Source of the DNA: Eledone cirrhosa
Lineage: Eukaryota
Direction of reading: 5' to 3'
Length of the DNA stretch: 64,000 nucleotides
Assembly: GCA_964016885.1 (NCBI GenBank)
Contig: OZ024741.1
Coordinates: 28,954,001-29,018,000, forward strand
Every line of letters starts with the position of its first letter. Position 1 is the stretch's first letter. The notes beneath the pieces were generated by a model. It did no database searches and was not told where the DNA came from. It saw nothing but the letters and a program-made list of their open reading frames with translations. Position numbers and translations under genes: made by a program. Shown in pieces: positions 26,802-40,143 of this stretch.

Positions 26802-29800
26802 GGTGGGGGATTGGAATGGTATCCTGGATGCACGTTGGGACTATGCAGGGGCATGTCCCGATAGAGAGGGGTGCAACAGCCTCAAGGGGTTACTCGGCCG
26901 ATTTGACCTGGCCGATAGATTTCGACTAGATTTTCCGACGGTGCCAACCTGGTCTTGGTCAAATCGCAGCGGATCATCTAGGTCGTACCTAGATAGATTT
27001 TTAGTTAGAAATAAGGACAGGGACTTTTTAAGTTGTCCAGAAATGCTCATGGTTGGCTATTCAGACCACAAGTTGGTGACCTGCATGGTCAACCTTGATA
27101 GAACGCATAGACAGGGCCCCGGTTACTGGAAGCTCAACTTGTCCTTGCCGGCAAGTAGAGCCTACAGGGATCGGATTAGTACGTTAGTTAAGGAACGGTT
27201 GACTGGAGCGATCGTCAACAGCAGGTGGTGGGTATCTCTAAAGAGAGAGATTAGAGTAGTCTCGATAGAATTTAGTAAGGTTCTAGCTGCGGATAGGAAT
27301 AGGAAGGAAAGGGAGCTAATAGATAGAGTAGAAGAGGCTATTAGAAGCGGCGACGTGGCCAGAGTGCTAGCGTCGAGAACGGCTTTGAGCCAGTTTTTCG
27401 ACGCGAAGCACGAAGGTTGCGTTGTCCGAAGTAAAATACGTGCTCTAGGGAACGAGGGGACCAAAGCTGTTAGCTGGGCCCGCGTGACAGAGGCCAACAG
27501 TGGAAGTAAATCCACCATCCGGTCTTTGCGAGACCTGGATGGACGGGCGATTCTTGAGCCTAAGCAGATGTGTGAGGCCTTTCAAAGGCATTTTGCCCGA
27601 CTGTTCGGGAGGGGCAGGGAGCCGGTTGGGAACGTGGACTTCGGTCCATACCTCGACGGCCTGCCGCGCCTCTCGGACAGGGAGGCGAAGTCCTGCGAGG
27701 AGCCGATTTCGGCCGCTGAGATAGAGGACGTGCTGAGCCAATGCGGCAAACGCAAATCCCCCGGGTCTCGATGGTCTTCCTTACGAATTATATCTAGCTA
27801 TGCCGGACTTGTTCCCCGATCTCCTCGAGGCGGTCTACTGCAACTGGCAACAGAACGGGAGAATTCCCTGTACTGTGACCAAGGGCGTAGTCACGCTAGT
27901 GAGGAAGGACGAGAACAAGGGGGACGAAATAAGTAACTTCAGGCCCATAACTCTGCTAAATACAGAGTTACAGATTTTGGCCAAGGTGCTAGCAAAGAGG
28001 TTGGCGCTTGTCGTGGGCAACCTGGTGGGAGATGCGCAGACATGTGCTATCCCGTCCAGGTCCATCCACGATAACCTCCACCTCATGCGATACGTCATAG
28101 AGAGGGTTGGGAACAAACCCGGCTTTGGTGGGGCCCTGATCAACTTGGATCAATCTAAGGCATTCGATAGGGTCGACCATGGTTACCTGGATGCGGTGCT
28201 AGCGGCGGCAGGCTTCGGACCCGTTTTCAGGGGCTGGATCAATGCCATGCACAGCAGCCACATCTGCTCTAGGGTCAAGGTGAACGGCTACCTCTCGGAG
28301 CCGTTCAAAATCGCGCGGTCCATCCGACAAGGGTGCCCTCTCTCCTCCCTTCTGTATGTGTTGACTCTCGAGCCACTACTGCGGAAGTTGGAGTTGTTGC
28401 AGGGCATCCCTTTGGAACCGGGATTGCGGAAAGCGGTGTCGGCCTACGCCGATGACGTGACAGTAATGGTGTCGACGGCCTCCGAAATCGAGGCGGTCGG
28501 CACCTTACTGGAGGAGTACGAAAGGTTCACAGGGGCTAAGCTGAACCGGGACAAGTCGATCGGTTTGCAACTCGGCACGTGGAGGGGCAGACCGATGCCC
28601 TCCGATGGCGTCGTCGGACGCTGGACGGAGGGCCCGGTGAAGTTGCTCGGGGTCTGGTTCGGACCGGACCTCCAGGTGGAGAAAAACTGGGTGGAGGTTA
28701 CGAACAGGGTGTTTGCACTGACCCAGAAGTGGGCCAGTTGCAAACTATCCCTGAAAGGTCGGGCGGAGGTGGCGAACACCTACATAGCGTCCGTCATCTA
28801 CTACCGCCTGACCGTAGTGCCCTGCCCAAGGGAAACCCTCACCAAGATGGAGCGCGCACTCTTCCAATTCCTTTGGAAGAGGCGGGCTCCTATGGTGAGG
28901 AGATCCATCTGCTGTCAACACCCTTCGAAAGGAGGGCTGGGGATGCCGTGGCTAATGATGCGTAAACACGCATTAAGGCTACGGCACCTCTACGTATTCC
29001 TCACCGGTCAACCGGTGTGGGCCTCGTTTGTGAGACGAACCTTTCCCAGACTCGTCTCACTCACCGAGCTGCAATCCTGGGTCAAGCAAAGACCGAGAAA
29101 ACTGGGCGCCTGGCACACTGAGTGTGCCCAGGCGCTCACCGCCCTCTGGCAGGCGGATCCGGTTGTCAGTGGAGACTCCACCGCAACATTCTATAGAGGG
29201 CTGGTACGCAGCAGGTGCGACGACGCCCTCGGAGAAGCCCTAGACATGGAGGAGTACGAACTGGCCAGCCTGTTCGGTAGGACATTCAGCCCGGGACCTA
29301 TGGACAACTTCCAGAAGTCCCTGGCCTGGCAGTGCTACCGAGGGGCTTTACCCGTTCGAGAAAGGCTCTACAGACACGGGCGCCCGGGTAGGGATCCCGC
29401 CCAAAAGATCTGTCCCAGATGCGTGTGCGACGAGGAAACCGTTGCACACGAATTGGTACACTGCTCGGGCGTAGCCGATCTGTGGGGCTATGTCGAACAA
29501 CTGCTGTCAAGGGAGGGACCGATCCGGTTGACCACCGAGTCTATTGTAATGATCAAGCCGCCTCCCCCCTTCAAAGATGAAGCAGAGGCGGTGTTTCTGT
29601 GCGTAATAGCCACGGCGAAAGAGGTTGTATGGTGGACGCGTCTGAAAGGACTGAGGTCAGGCACCTTTCTCTCTGGCCAACAACTGGTCCGTTTCTTCCG
29701 ATATCATTTCGGAAGAAGGATCAGGATGGAGAGAGAGGTGCTCCACCCCAGTCGTTTTTATGAAAGGTGGGTGAAAGTGGCGAGAATGGCCCGTGTGAAT

Positions 29801-30090
29801 GGGCATTCTCTTTACATAAGCCTGTAGGTGGAAAGGAGGAAGGAACGAGGGAGCACCCCCTCTCTGTGCTCCTGAGGAAAAGGGTTGCACACTTTTTTCG
29901 GGGGTGTGTGCGACCCCCCAAGGCGCCTTCTCTCTATCGAGGATTTTGTTATAAATTTTATTTTTTGTTATATTTTATTTTATTTTTATATTTTGTTATT
30001 GCCTCCTCCTTATTGAGGACGCCTTTTTGTGTAAACTCCCCCCTTTGTACTTGTCCCACTTTTGATGCCCAGGTGGCAAATAAAAGAAAC
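26801..30090 (+). mobile_element. Tx1/L1-type LINE, 5'-truncated within APE; ORF2 intact except one frameshift
   Basis: APE remnants GDWN, SYLDRF, SDHK, GYWKLN. RT motifs FRPITLLN, DQSKAFDRVDH, RQGCPLS, AYADDV. CCHC finger CPRC-x8-H-x4-C. Single +1 frameshift at the C5 run 27758-27762 (KSPGLDGLP). AATAAA at 30079; (TATC) resumes at ~30094. Confidence 0.93.
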
Positions 30091-30173
30091 ATATATCTAT
30101 CTATCTACCTACCTATGTCTCTCTCTTTCTCTCTCTCCCTATATATATATGTATATATTCATACGCCCCTCCC

Positions 30174-30236
<63 letters not shown>

Positions 30237-30237
<1 letters not shown>

Positions 30238-30558
30238 TTGTGTATAATGGTAGCTATGGTGCTTCCGTAGACGGTATGCCAAAATTAGCACTCAATATTC
30301 AACAGAGTAGAGTGTATAGTATAAAAAAACGAAAAATCAGTGATGCATCTGGACTCAATTTATTGCGTGTTACAATTGTTTCGCCGGCAGGTAGCTCGAG
30401 ACATGCTCCGAACGAACTACCCGTGTCTGAAGTAACCTGCAGCCGTAGAATCAGCCAGATCCATACAGGGACCATGTCTCGAGCTACCTGCCGGCGAAAC
30501 AATTGTAACATGCAATAAATTGAGCCCAGATACATCACTGATTTTTCGTTTTTTTTTA

Positions 30559-30565
<7 letters not shown>
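30237..30565. mobile_element. (TA)n-flanked inverted-repeat element (Penelope pLTR/retrozyme-like) with a degenerate hammerhead
   Basis: Arms 30315-30405 and 30473-30565. CGTGT-CTGAAGTA...GAAAC-AATT-GTA-ACATG (30422-30512), then AATAAA. Confidence 0.7.
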
Positions 30566-30604
<39 letters not shown>

Positions 30605-30690
30605 TATACATAATATATATATTATGAATTACTGTTGGCTTCTTGCTCACATTAATTTCTCTATTTTCATTTATTTTCATTTATATTTTC

Positions 30691-30728
<38 letters not shown>

Positions 30729-30999
30729 TATATATATATATATGTGTGTGTGTGTGTTTGTACATGTGTCATATGTCAGTATAATGAAAAAGTAGTTAAA
30801 CATATTATTATTACAGTTAGCAATCAATGTCAAAACATGTTACTGATAGTTTCAGATGGATGACATTGATAATAAAACTATTGAAATAATTAAACTAATA
30901 AATTATAGAAATGTTGAGTCTAAAATCATCGGAGCTGCACCAATCTTAACTCCTTATTTATAATTTGTACTCAAGGAAAACCCTTTTCTTAAATGTGAC

Positions 31000-32150
31000 A
31001 ATGAAAGACAAACATATATTTCTAGAGGAAACTTAGTCGATAAGGTAGGCTTATGTGAAACAATGTTTTTCGTGTTTACGGCAGAACTAGCTAAATTTAA
31101 CATTAAAGCAAATATGGATCGCCTCTATCTCTTTAGCCAAAACGGAGGTAGAGTAATGTTCCAGCTTGAGATTTCATGCAAAATATCAATCATTGGACTC
31201 GAACAATACCTTAATACCGCAGATTACTGGATGCTGAAAATGGTTGCAGATTACGAAAGGAAGAAGAGGTTACATTCAATCACAAAGGTAGTTTGTAGAA
31301 GTAATGGGAATACATTTTGAAAATGATGGCAATTCTACTATTAAAGCTGCAAAGGACATCAAAATGTTAGCAAAACATGAAGGTCAACGAAGACTGTGCA
31401 CTAAATGAGAGGAAAAACGTTGTATGAACAGTAAAAAAAAAACCTGATATAGAGCAGCCTCTTACCTATTAATAGTTGTGACGTTTTGGGCTAAAAGCAG
31501 AGAGTGCGAAATTGAGTTTGGTTACACAAGACCAGTGTTATTCAATGCGCGACTTTCAAGCCAATGTAATCAGAAATGGAATTGACTCAAAGTATCGATT
31601 CTGCGACCATTGACAACATGGTTTCAAACTGCAAAGTATTAGCTCTCCAGGAATATAAAATAAAGCATGGTAGTTTGAGGCAATATTTACACTAGGGTAA
31701 TATGCAGGCTTTATGATATAAAAAGAGAGGGAAAATTGTAAAAGCATCACTCAGTTGCAGTAACAGGAGGAGAGAATGTGACAATCTTATGGGACTTCCC
31801 TGTGAACACCGACAGAACGATTAAGTCCAACAGATCTGATATAATTGTGAAGGACTATAAAACGAAAAGATACTCTTTAATTGACATGAGCATTCCACCA
31901 GATCGTAACATCTGCTCGAAGGAGTTCAGAAAGCTCATTAAATATAAAGATCTGACAAATAAAATTGTGAAAATGTGGCATCTTAAAGCCTGTACAATAC
32001 CAGTGATAGTCTGCATTTGGAATGATAAAAAAGGGAACTGAAAAATATTTGGACCAGATACTTGGAGAGCCATCTCTGCAAGAGAAACAAAAAAACAGTG
32101 TTGACTGGCACTGTCCTTGTCATGAGAAGGACAACATTATCAATTTAGAT
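31000..32150 (+). mobile_element. Degenerate R4/Dong-like RLE LINE 3' portion
   Basis: DRLYL...GGR; TILWDFPVNTDRTIKSNRSDIIVKD...LIDMSIP...KYKDL (RLE PD..D motif, decayed). Many stops. Confidence 0.8.
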
Positions 32151-32659
32151 ATCTTGTAAAGCCATTTACTGTAGTTTGTGCCATTGTAGGACATTTCATT
32201 GTAAAATGTATATATTACCAAATTTTGCCTCAGGTGTTAGGTTGACACTCGGCATGATTTGGGAAAGAAGGGCTCAAGGCATTAAGGGTGAAAGGAAACA
32301 AGATGGTGGGGTTTACATCGAGTAAAGGAAAGGGGGCATGACTGAAGAGAAAATAATAGGGATAACAAAAGTTAAATTTGTAGTAAATATATATAACAAT
32401 AGAAAAGGGTAGTAATAACGAATGTCAACGGGGTTTTGATCCCAAATAGTGGGATGGGCGTGGTAGTGGTGGTGCGTTTGGAGTAATTCCAAGGAAGACA
32501 CTACACAAAACCCTGGGATACTCGGTTGCCTCACGAGCATTGAAAGTGGTCTCTCTCAGTTTCCTTTTCCTACTTAAAAAACCATAGTTAGTGTATACCA
32601 AGTCAATCTCGTCAATCTCACTCCTCTAACCAATCTTTCATAAAACACACGACAAGACA

Positions 32660-32910
32660 CCACCTTCTCCTCTACCCTCACCTTCTCTCTAGCCTTATCT
32701 TCTCTCTAGCCTTACCTTCTCTCCACCTTCACTTCTTCAGCCTCACCTTCTTCTCTCCAGCTTCACCTCTCCAGCCTTACCTTCTCTCCAGCTTCACCTC
32801 TTCAGCCTCACCTTCTCCCCAGCCTCACCTTCTTCTCTAGAGCTTCACTTCTCCAGCCTCACCTTCCCTCTAACTTCACTTTCACCTCTCTAGCCTCACC
32901 TTCTTCTTCA
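32660..32910. repeat. Imperfect ~17-bp CT-rich tandem repeat (CAGCCTCACCTTCTCTC)
   Basis: Direct inspection. Confidence 0.75.
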
Positions 32911-33299
32911 ACTGGAATAGAAATAATTATTAATAACAGCAGCAGTAAAAATTTTAAGGAGACCATTTCTAAATGTCACTTGAATACCCAAAGATCCTTT
33001 TGGCTTTTGCTGCCCCCCCCCCCCCCCCCCAAAAAAAAGTATTTTATTCTTATTGGGTTTTCAGTCATATTTTAGCATTCCGTTAAATTTTCGTTTTCCG
33101 TTTTTTTTGTAAAGTTTCATTCTCAAGAATTGCTGTCTGCCTGATGGAGTTGAATATTTATACACTGGTACTGGTTAATTTCTTCACTGATCTGTGTAAT
33201 CAAGAATGCATTCGACTGGAATCGAAGAATTTTGTGTCCTTCCATTTTTACATTCTCCATCTCCTTACCGCCATCAACACCACCACGCCACCAACTCTT

Positions 33300-33800
<501 letters not shown>

Positions 33801-34748
33801 CACCGCTTAAAGGAATTTTACTTTTTCCGACTTAAAAACATATGGTGTTTCCAAAATATGTTTTTTTTAAATATAAATGTGCAGAATACTTTAATGATAT
33901 ATTACTATACAGATATATTTTTTAAATTTGAATTATTGATGCTATGGAGCTATTGAGCTTTTTCACTGAGAGACATATTCCTCTTACATATTGTATATGT
34001 TATGATACTTTAAATTAGTATATATCTGCTCCAAATTCTTAATTTGTTGAGCTGCTTGAACTGTGACTGTCACAATGCAGCTAAACTATTTCTAGCGGAC
34101 GTGACGTCTACTTATATTTATATCTGTCGTCATTGTTAAATATTATTTCACCCCATGTGGTCTGGATTGACTATTTCTCTGAACATGACAGATATAAAAG
34201 TATTTTGTATTTTATTGAACTTATAACGAGACGATTTCCTCTGACGATTGGTTCCTCGTCTCCTGAAGCCATACCAAAATCGATAATCGATTGCTTAGAT
34301 CGATTTTCAACCCGGTTCTAGTAGCTATGAAACAGCGCTGTAAGGAACTTTAGTTTTTCCACATTAAAACATTTGGTGTTTTCAAAATATATGTTTTTTT
34401 ATATATATGTACAGAATACTAAATGTTTCTCTCACGATACATGACTATATTTATATATTTTTTTGAATTTGAATATATATGTATGTATGGTCCCGTAACT
34501 TCGTTGGGGCGGAATGTTGATATACGGCGTTTTGGGGACATTTTAAGCCTGGCACATCCCTCTCCAGGCCTGAGTACAGTAGATTTCTCCCAGGAAATCG
34601 TCTCGTTATAAGTTCAATAAAAGCGAGAAAGAGGAAACGAGAAAGAGTTATAATGGAAGAATCGATCCCAGTATTAGACTGGTACGTTTTTTATCGACCT
34701 CGAAAGGATGGAAGGCAAAGTTGACCTCGGCGGGATTTGAACTTAGAG

Positions 34749-34792
<44 letters not shown>

Positions 34793-34890
34793 TGAGTATT
34801 TGCTGGTTGTTTACCGACACATCAGTATGCAGGCTGAAGCACTCAACGAAGTGCGCAGGTGGGACTGTTTACTCCGGAGTAAAGTAAAAA

Positions 34891-35217
34891 GAAGTGTAAG
34901 TCAACAGGTTAAAATTACCTTCGTTTATTCATAGTCGCTGTTATATATATTTCAGTTAGAACTTGAACAGAAAAAACAGGAAAACATAATGTTGGAATAG
35001 ATTTTACCTTGTTAATTCATTGATATGTTCAGATCCAGAGTGTTCTTTTCAGTTCCTTAGAGGATTAACATCACTCTCTGGATCTGAACATATCAATCAA
35101 AGTTCTAACTGCCTGATGAGGTCATAGCTGTTGAATAATGGCTATCACTGAAATACTGTATATATAGCAGAGAATATGAATAAACGAAGCTAATTATACC
35201 TGTTGACTTACACTTCT
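34891..35217. mobile_element. Nested inverted-repeat element containing a hammerhead
   Basis: Outer arms GAAGTGTAAGTCAACAGGT / ACCTGTTGACTTACACTTC. Inner perfect 22-bp arms at 35019-35040 and 35076-35097. Confidence 0.8.
35109..35170 (+). ncRNA. Type I hammerhead ribozyme
   Basis: CTGC-CTGATGA-G-GTCATAGCTGTT-GAAT-AATGGCTATCAC-T-GAAA-TACTGTATATATA-GCAG: stem I CTGC/GCAG, long stem II, AATAAA downstream. Confidence 0.7.
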
Positions 35218-35332
35218 TGTTTATATATATAATGTAGAAAAGTTTCTACAGGACTAGAACTGTTTCATTCGTGAGAAATGAAATCATCAGGAAGCTCTTA
35301 CTGTGGTTACCCCCGATTGAACCCGGGACAAA

Positions 35333-35427
<95 letters not shown>

Positions 35428-35428
<1 letters not shown>

Positions 35429-35613
35429 ACGAAGAAAGTGTGGTAAGGAACCAGATGGACCATAACGCACCAGAGTACTCAATACTTAGGGTAGTAGAGT
35501 GGGTAATAGGAAAATGTTCAGGACCCCGACGGCAGAGCTCAAGCCGTTTCGACGGCTATTTCTGCCGTCGAAACGGCTTGAGCTCTGCCGTCGGGGTCTT
35601 GACCATTTCCCTA
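35428..35613. mobile_element. Miniature head-to-head remnant of the same Penelope family as 39958-44340
   Basis: 35428-35557 matches 39958-40085, then folds back (GCCGTCGAAACGGCTTGAGCTCTGCCGTCGGGGTC). (TA)n on both sides. Confidence 0.9.
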
Positions 35614-37264
35614 TATATATATATATGAATTGAAATAGAAATAGAAGCGTCGGCGTAACATTGCCTACATGATATAGTCTAAAAATAGACCATATAAACC
35701 CACTGAAGGGAAAGAGATGGACATCAGCGAACATAAGGGTCAAAGCCATATCTCTTGTTTGCCGGACAACTAGGCTACCATTATACCAATGAACCCACCA
35801 GCTTTTCTCGTTATATTTAGAAGCTATAACTAAATAGCAACCTATATGTATCAGTAACAAATATTAACATACATATAGAAATAGTTTTTCCCCGTTGTGT
35901 GTGTATGTGTGTGTTTCTGTATATACCCATGTACTATCTATATGAGTATGTGTACCCTTGTAGATATGTGGATGTATGTGTGTGTGTGTGCGCACGTACA
36001 TGTGTGTATGTGTAAGCGGTGTGTGTGTATGTGTGTATGCGTGTGTGTGTGTGTGCGTGTGCGTATACCCATATGCTATTTATATGAGTATGTGTACCTG
36101 TGTAATTATATATGTGTATGTGTATGTGTGTGTGTGTATGTATACCCATGTACTATCTATATGAGTATGTGTACCGGTGCAGATATATATATGTGTGTAT
36201 GTGTGTACCCCACACGTTATAAATAAGATCTGATACCATCAATTACCATTCCTGAATCTTATTTCATGCATTAATAAACTTACGTTACAGTTAACTACAT
36301 GTATGTATATTTTTATGACTTTTACATGAGTCAACCTCCATATATATATATATACATTGAACTTCATATATTTCCTATGTTTATTTATTTTACATTCACT
36401 TCATTCCTTATATGGTTACATCACAACCCTTTCGTTTATTTCAGCTTTTATTTTCATTTTTTTTCATCGGAACAGAATTATGAATTTGCTATGGTTTTAA
36501 TATAGAAATGCATTTAAAATTAAGATTAAGAAAGAAAACATATTTTTTTTTATCATTCCCCACCACACTAAATAGTTATAGCTATAGCCCACAATATTTT
36601 TATTTGTTAAATATAAAGCATATTTTTTAACCAGTCTCCATCACCACCAAATAGTTATAACTAAAGCTCGCAATATTTCTGCTAGTTAAATATAAATAAA
36701 CTACATATGATTTACATATAGATGTCTCAAAATCGATTTAGTTTCTTCAACATTTATTTTTAATAATACATTTTTTGCAGAGATACATTCGCGGAGATGT
36801 AGATTAGTATTTCCTTAATAAAAATCCTGTTTCTTTTATACCATTCCTAGTTATTGAAATGACATTAATAAACTTCACATTATCTTCATTAATATTATTC
36901 TTTAGCAACATAAAACTGAAAGTCGTCGTCTTGAAAAAATTTTCGAATTTACGTTTAGTGAATACTTTAAAAATTTCACCAGCATGTTCGTGAATACACA
37001 TTTTCAAACGTATCTCTTCAAAATCTCAGAGATATGCAATATTAAGAGTTATGAAAAAACAGATTTGAGTGTTAGTTGGATAAATTGCAGTTATGCTTTG
37101 TAAGTCCTGTAAATTAGTTAACATATTCAAAACATCTGAATCAAGCGTTTAAAATAATTTGCAGAAAATGTTTTACGTTTCAGTTAATAAAGAGAACGGA
37201 TGAGTCACCAACACTAAAACTTTCAGAAAATTAAGAATTTATTGTGGATAGCATGCAGTAAACC

Positions 37265-37293
37265 ATACACGCACACACGCACACACATACAGA

Positions 37294-37391
<98 letters not shown>

Positions 37392-37745
37392 GACATTCAC
37401 CCCCCCCCCCACACACGCATACACATACAGACATTTACACTCGCACAAACACACACACATTCACACATACACATATTCACACACACTAACACACATACAT
37501 ATATACACACACGCATACAGATACAAACACTCATTCACATACACACACACACATTCACACACACACGCACACACATTCACACACACGCACACAAACACAC
37601 ACACACACACACACATACATACACACACATATATATGCCTATATATATATATACCCGGATTACTATTAGTAAACATATACATGCACACACAAACACACAC
37701 AAACACACACACATATATGTATATATATCTATATATCTATATATC

Positions 37746-37779
<34 letters not shown>

Positions 37780-37941
37780 CATGTATATATATACATGTAT
37801 ATATATATATATACATGTATATATATATATATACATGTATATATATATATATACATGTATATATATATACATACATATATATATATATACATTTATATAT
37901 ATATTATTTTTATTTATTATTACTATATATATACATGTATA

Positions 37942-37981
<40 letters not shown>

Positions 37982-38010
37982 CATGTATATATATATATAT
38001 ATATACATAC

Positions 38011-38044
<34 letters not shown>

Positions 38045-38125
38045 ATATTATTATTATTACTATATACATATACATTTATATATATATTATTTTTATTTAT
38101 TATTACTATATATATATATATATCT
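37265..38125. repeat. (CA)n then (TA)n compound microsatellite
   Basis: Direct inspection. Confidence 0.95.
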
Positions 38126-38501
38126 GTATTACTACTAGTAATACCCACCGCCAGCAACACTGTATTCACAACATGTAAAAACATGTATTATCGCCGATTG
38201 ATGTCTAGACGTTTGAAAAGCAATAAATTAAACTTTTTTTCCGGAATACTTCGCAAAAATCGCAAAGAAATCAATTTAAAGACGATAATAAATGGATTTG
38301 CTGCAGTTTTATTTTTGATGAGTTCACTGACTTATTTCAGTAAATTTACTTCAGTAAAAAAACCGAAAAGTATTTAAATGTTTATTTTTTAATGGCGAAC
38401 AATTGTTGTTCCTGACCGTCTTTGGCCCTCGGGCGGATGAATCTGGTTTTAATACGATTTTCCTGCATACATTCTTTTTACAGTATTTCGTTTGTGTTTC
38501 T

Positions 38502-38942
38502 TCATCATCACCATCATCATCATCATCATTGTCATCATCACCACCATCACCATCATCACTATCATCACCATCATCATCATCATAATCGTCACCATCATCA
38601 ACACCATTATCACTACCATCACCATCACCATCCTCCTCCTCATCATCATCATCATCACCATCATCATCATCACCATCATCACCATCATCATCACCATCAT
38701 CATTATCACCATCATCATCACCATCACCATCATCACCATCATCACCAGCATCATCACCAGCATCATCACCATCATCAGCATCATCATCATCATCATCATC
38801 ACCACCACTACCATCATCATCATCACCACCACCATCACCACTACCATAACCATCATCACCACAATCACCACCACCACTACCATAACCATCACCACCATCA
38901 CCACCACCACCATCATCACCACCATCATCATCATCACTATAC
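38502..38942. repeat. (CAT)/(CAC) trinucleotide repeat
   Basis: Direct inspection. Confidence 0.95.
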
Positions 38943-39092
38943 CAACGTCACTTCTCTTAAGTAAGTGACTTGAAACCCTGAAAACATTCATCACTAATCT
39001 ATTGAAGACGTCCCTAAACCATCTCACAGACTTTAAGAAATGACAGACAAATCTGCTACTGAGTTAACCTGATAAAATATATTGGATACACT

Positions 39093-39245
39093 AATAGTGT
39101 TTCTACTTTTGGCACAATGCCAGCGATTACCCCAATGGATTACTGGTACTTTATTTTATCAACCCCGCAAGGATGAAAGGCAAAGTTAACCTCTGCGGAT
39201 TTGAACTCAGAACACAAAGGGCCATAACTCTATGCTGCAAAGCGA
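39093..39245 (-). mobile_element. SINE family B copy
   Basis: Same consensus. Confidence 0.85.
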
Positions 39246-40049
39246 ATATGTCTGAAAAGAGGTCAAGAAATACAGCTTGAAAGCCGGTAGATCGATGTAT
39301 TTTCTGGACTGGAATATGTTCACAATGCAAGCGAATGAAATTACAGAGGGCAGAAGTCATGAACTATGTAGGATGTAGGTTCTAAAAAAAAATATTACAT
39401 TTAGATTATGCTGTCTTTTATTATACAAAGCATATAAATAAATTTACTGTAGAATAACATTACAAATATGTTTTAAATATATACAAATGCTTAAATGATA
39501 TTATAAATTGCTCGTGATTCTTTCAGAAAGATATATTCTTTTAATGTTGCAACATTAAAGGAAATGTAAAGGAAGGTGTGAACAACCGAGCCAACACCAG
39601 AGCAAAAGACAGCAGCGTCGCGAGGAGTACTGGGCAACCTCTCGAATGATTTTTGAGGCAAGCCAGCACACTCGCAGCGTTGCCTCGCCATCACTCGAGG
39701 CAACGCTGCGGTTCTAAAACATCTATACAGGTAAATGTTTTACACATTTTAGAAAATATGCACACGTACGTTACCAGACCACACCATTTAAAAATACTTG
39801 GGAGTACACGAAGAGGAAAATATAGCAATGGCGGTAAAACAGGAAATAACGTGGTTATCTCCCTTTCCTACGTTACAACTATGCACAGAATACGTAAATG
39901 GATAGATAAATACCACAATTCTCTCTCTTTCTCTGTGTGTATATATATATATATATAACGAAGGAAATGTGGTAAGGAACCAGGTGGACCATAACGCACC
40001 AAAGTACTCAATACTTGAGGTAGTAGAGTGGGTAATAGGAACCAGTAAG

Positions 40050-40143
40050 ACCCCGACAGCTGAGCTCAAGCCGTTTCGACGGCTAATTCTGGACTAAATG
40101 AAAATTTATCCTGGTATTTAAATAGCCGATCTTCTCAAGGGGT
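40050..40143 (-). ncRNA. Hammerhead ribozyme, U3-A8 core variant (left arm)
   Basis: Mirror copy of 44233-44326. Confidence 0.75.

Noticed and set aside
38422-38964. Poly-His protein
   Set aside because: (CAT/CAC)n microsatellite.
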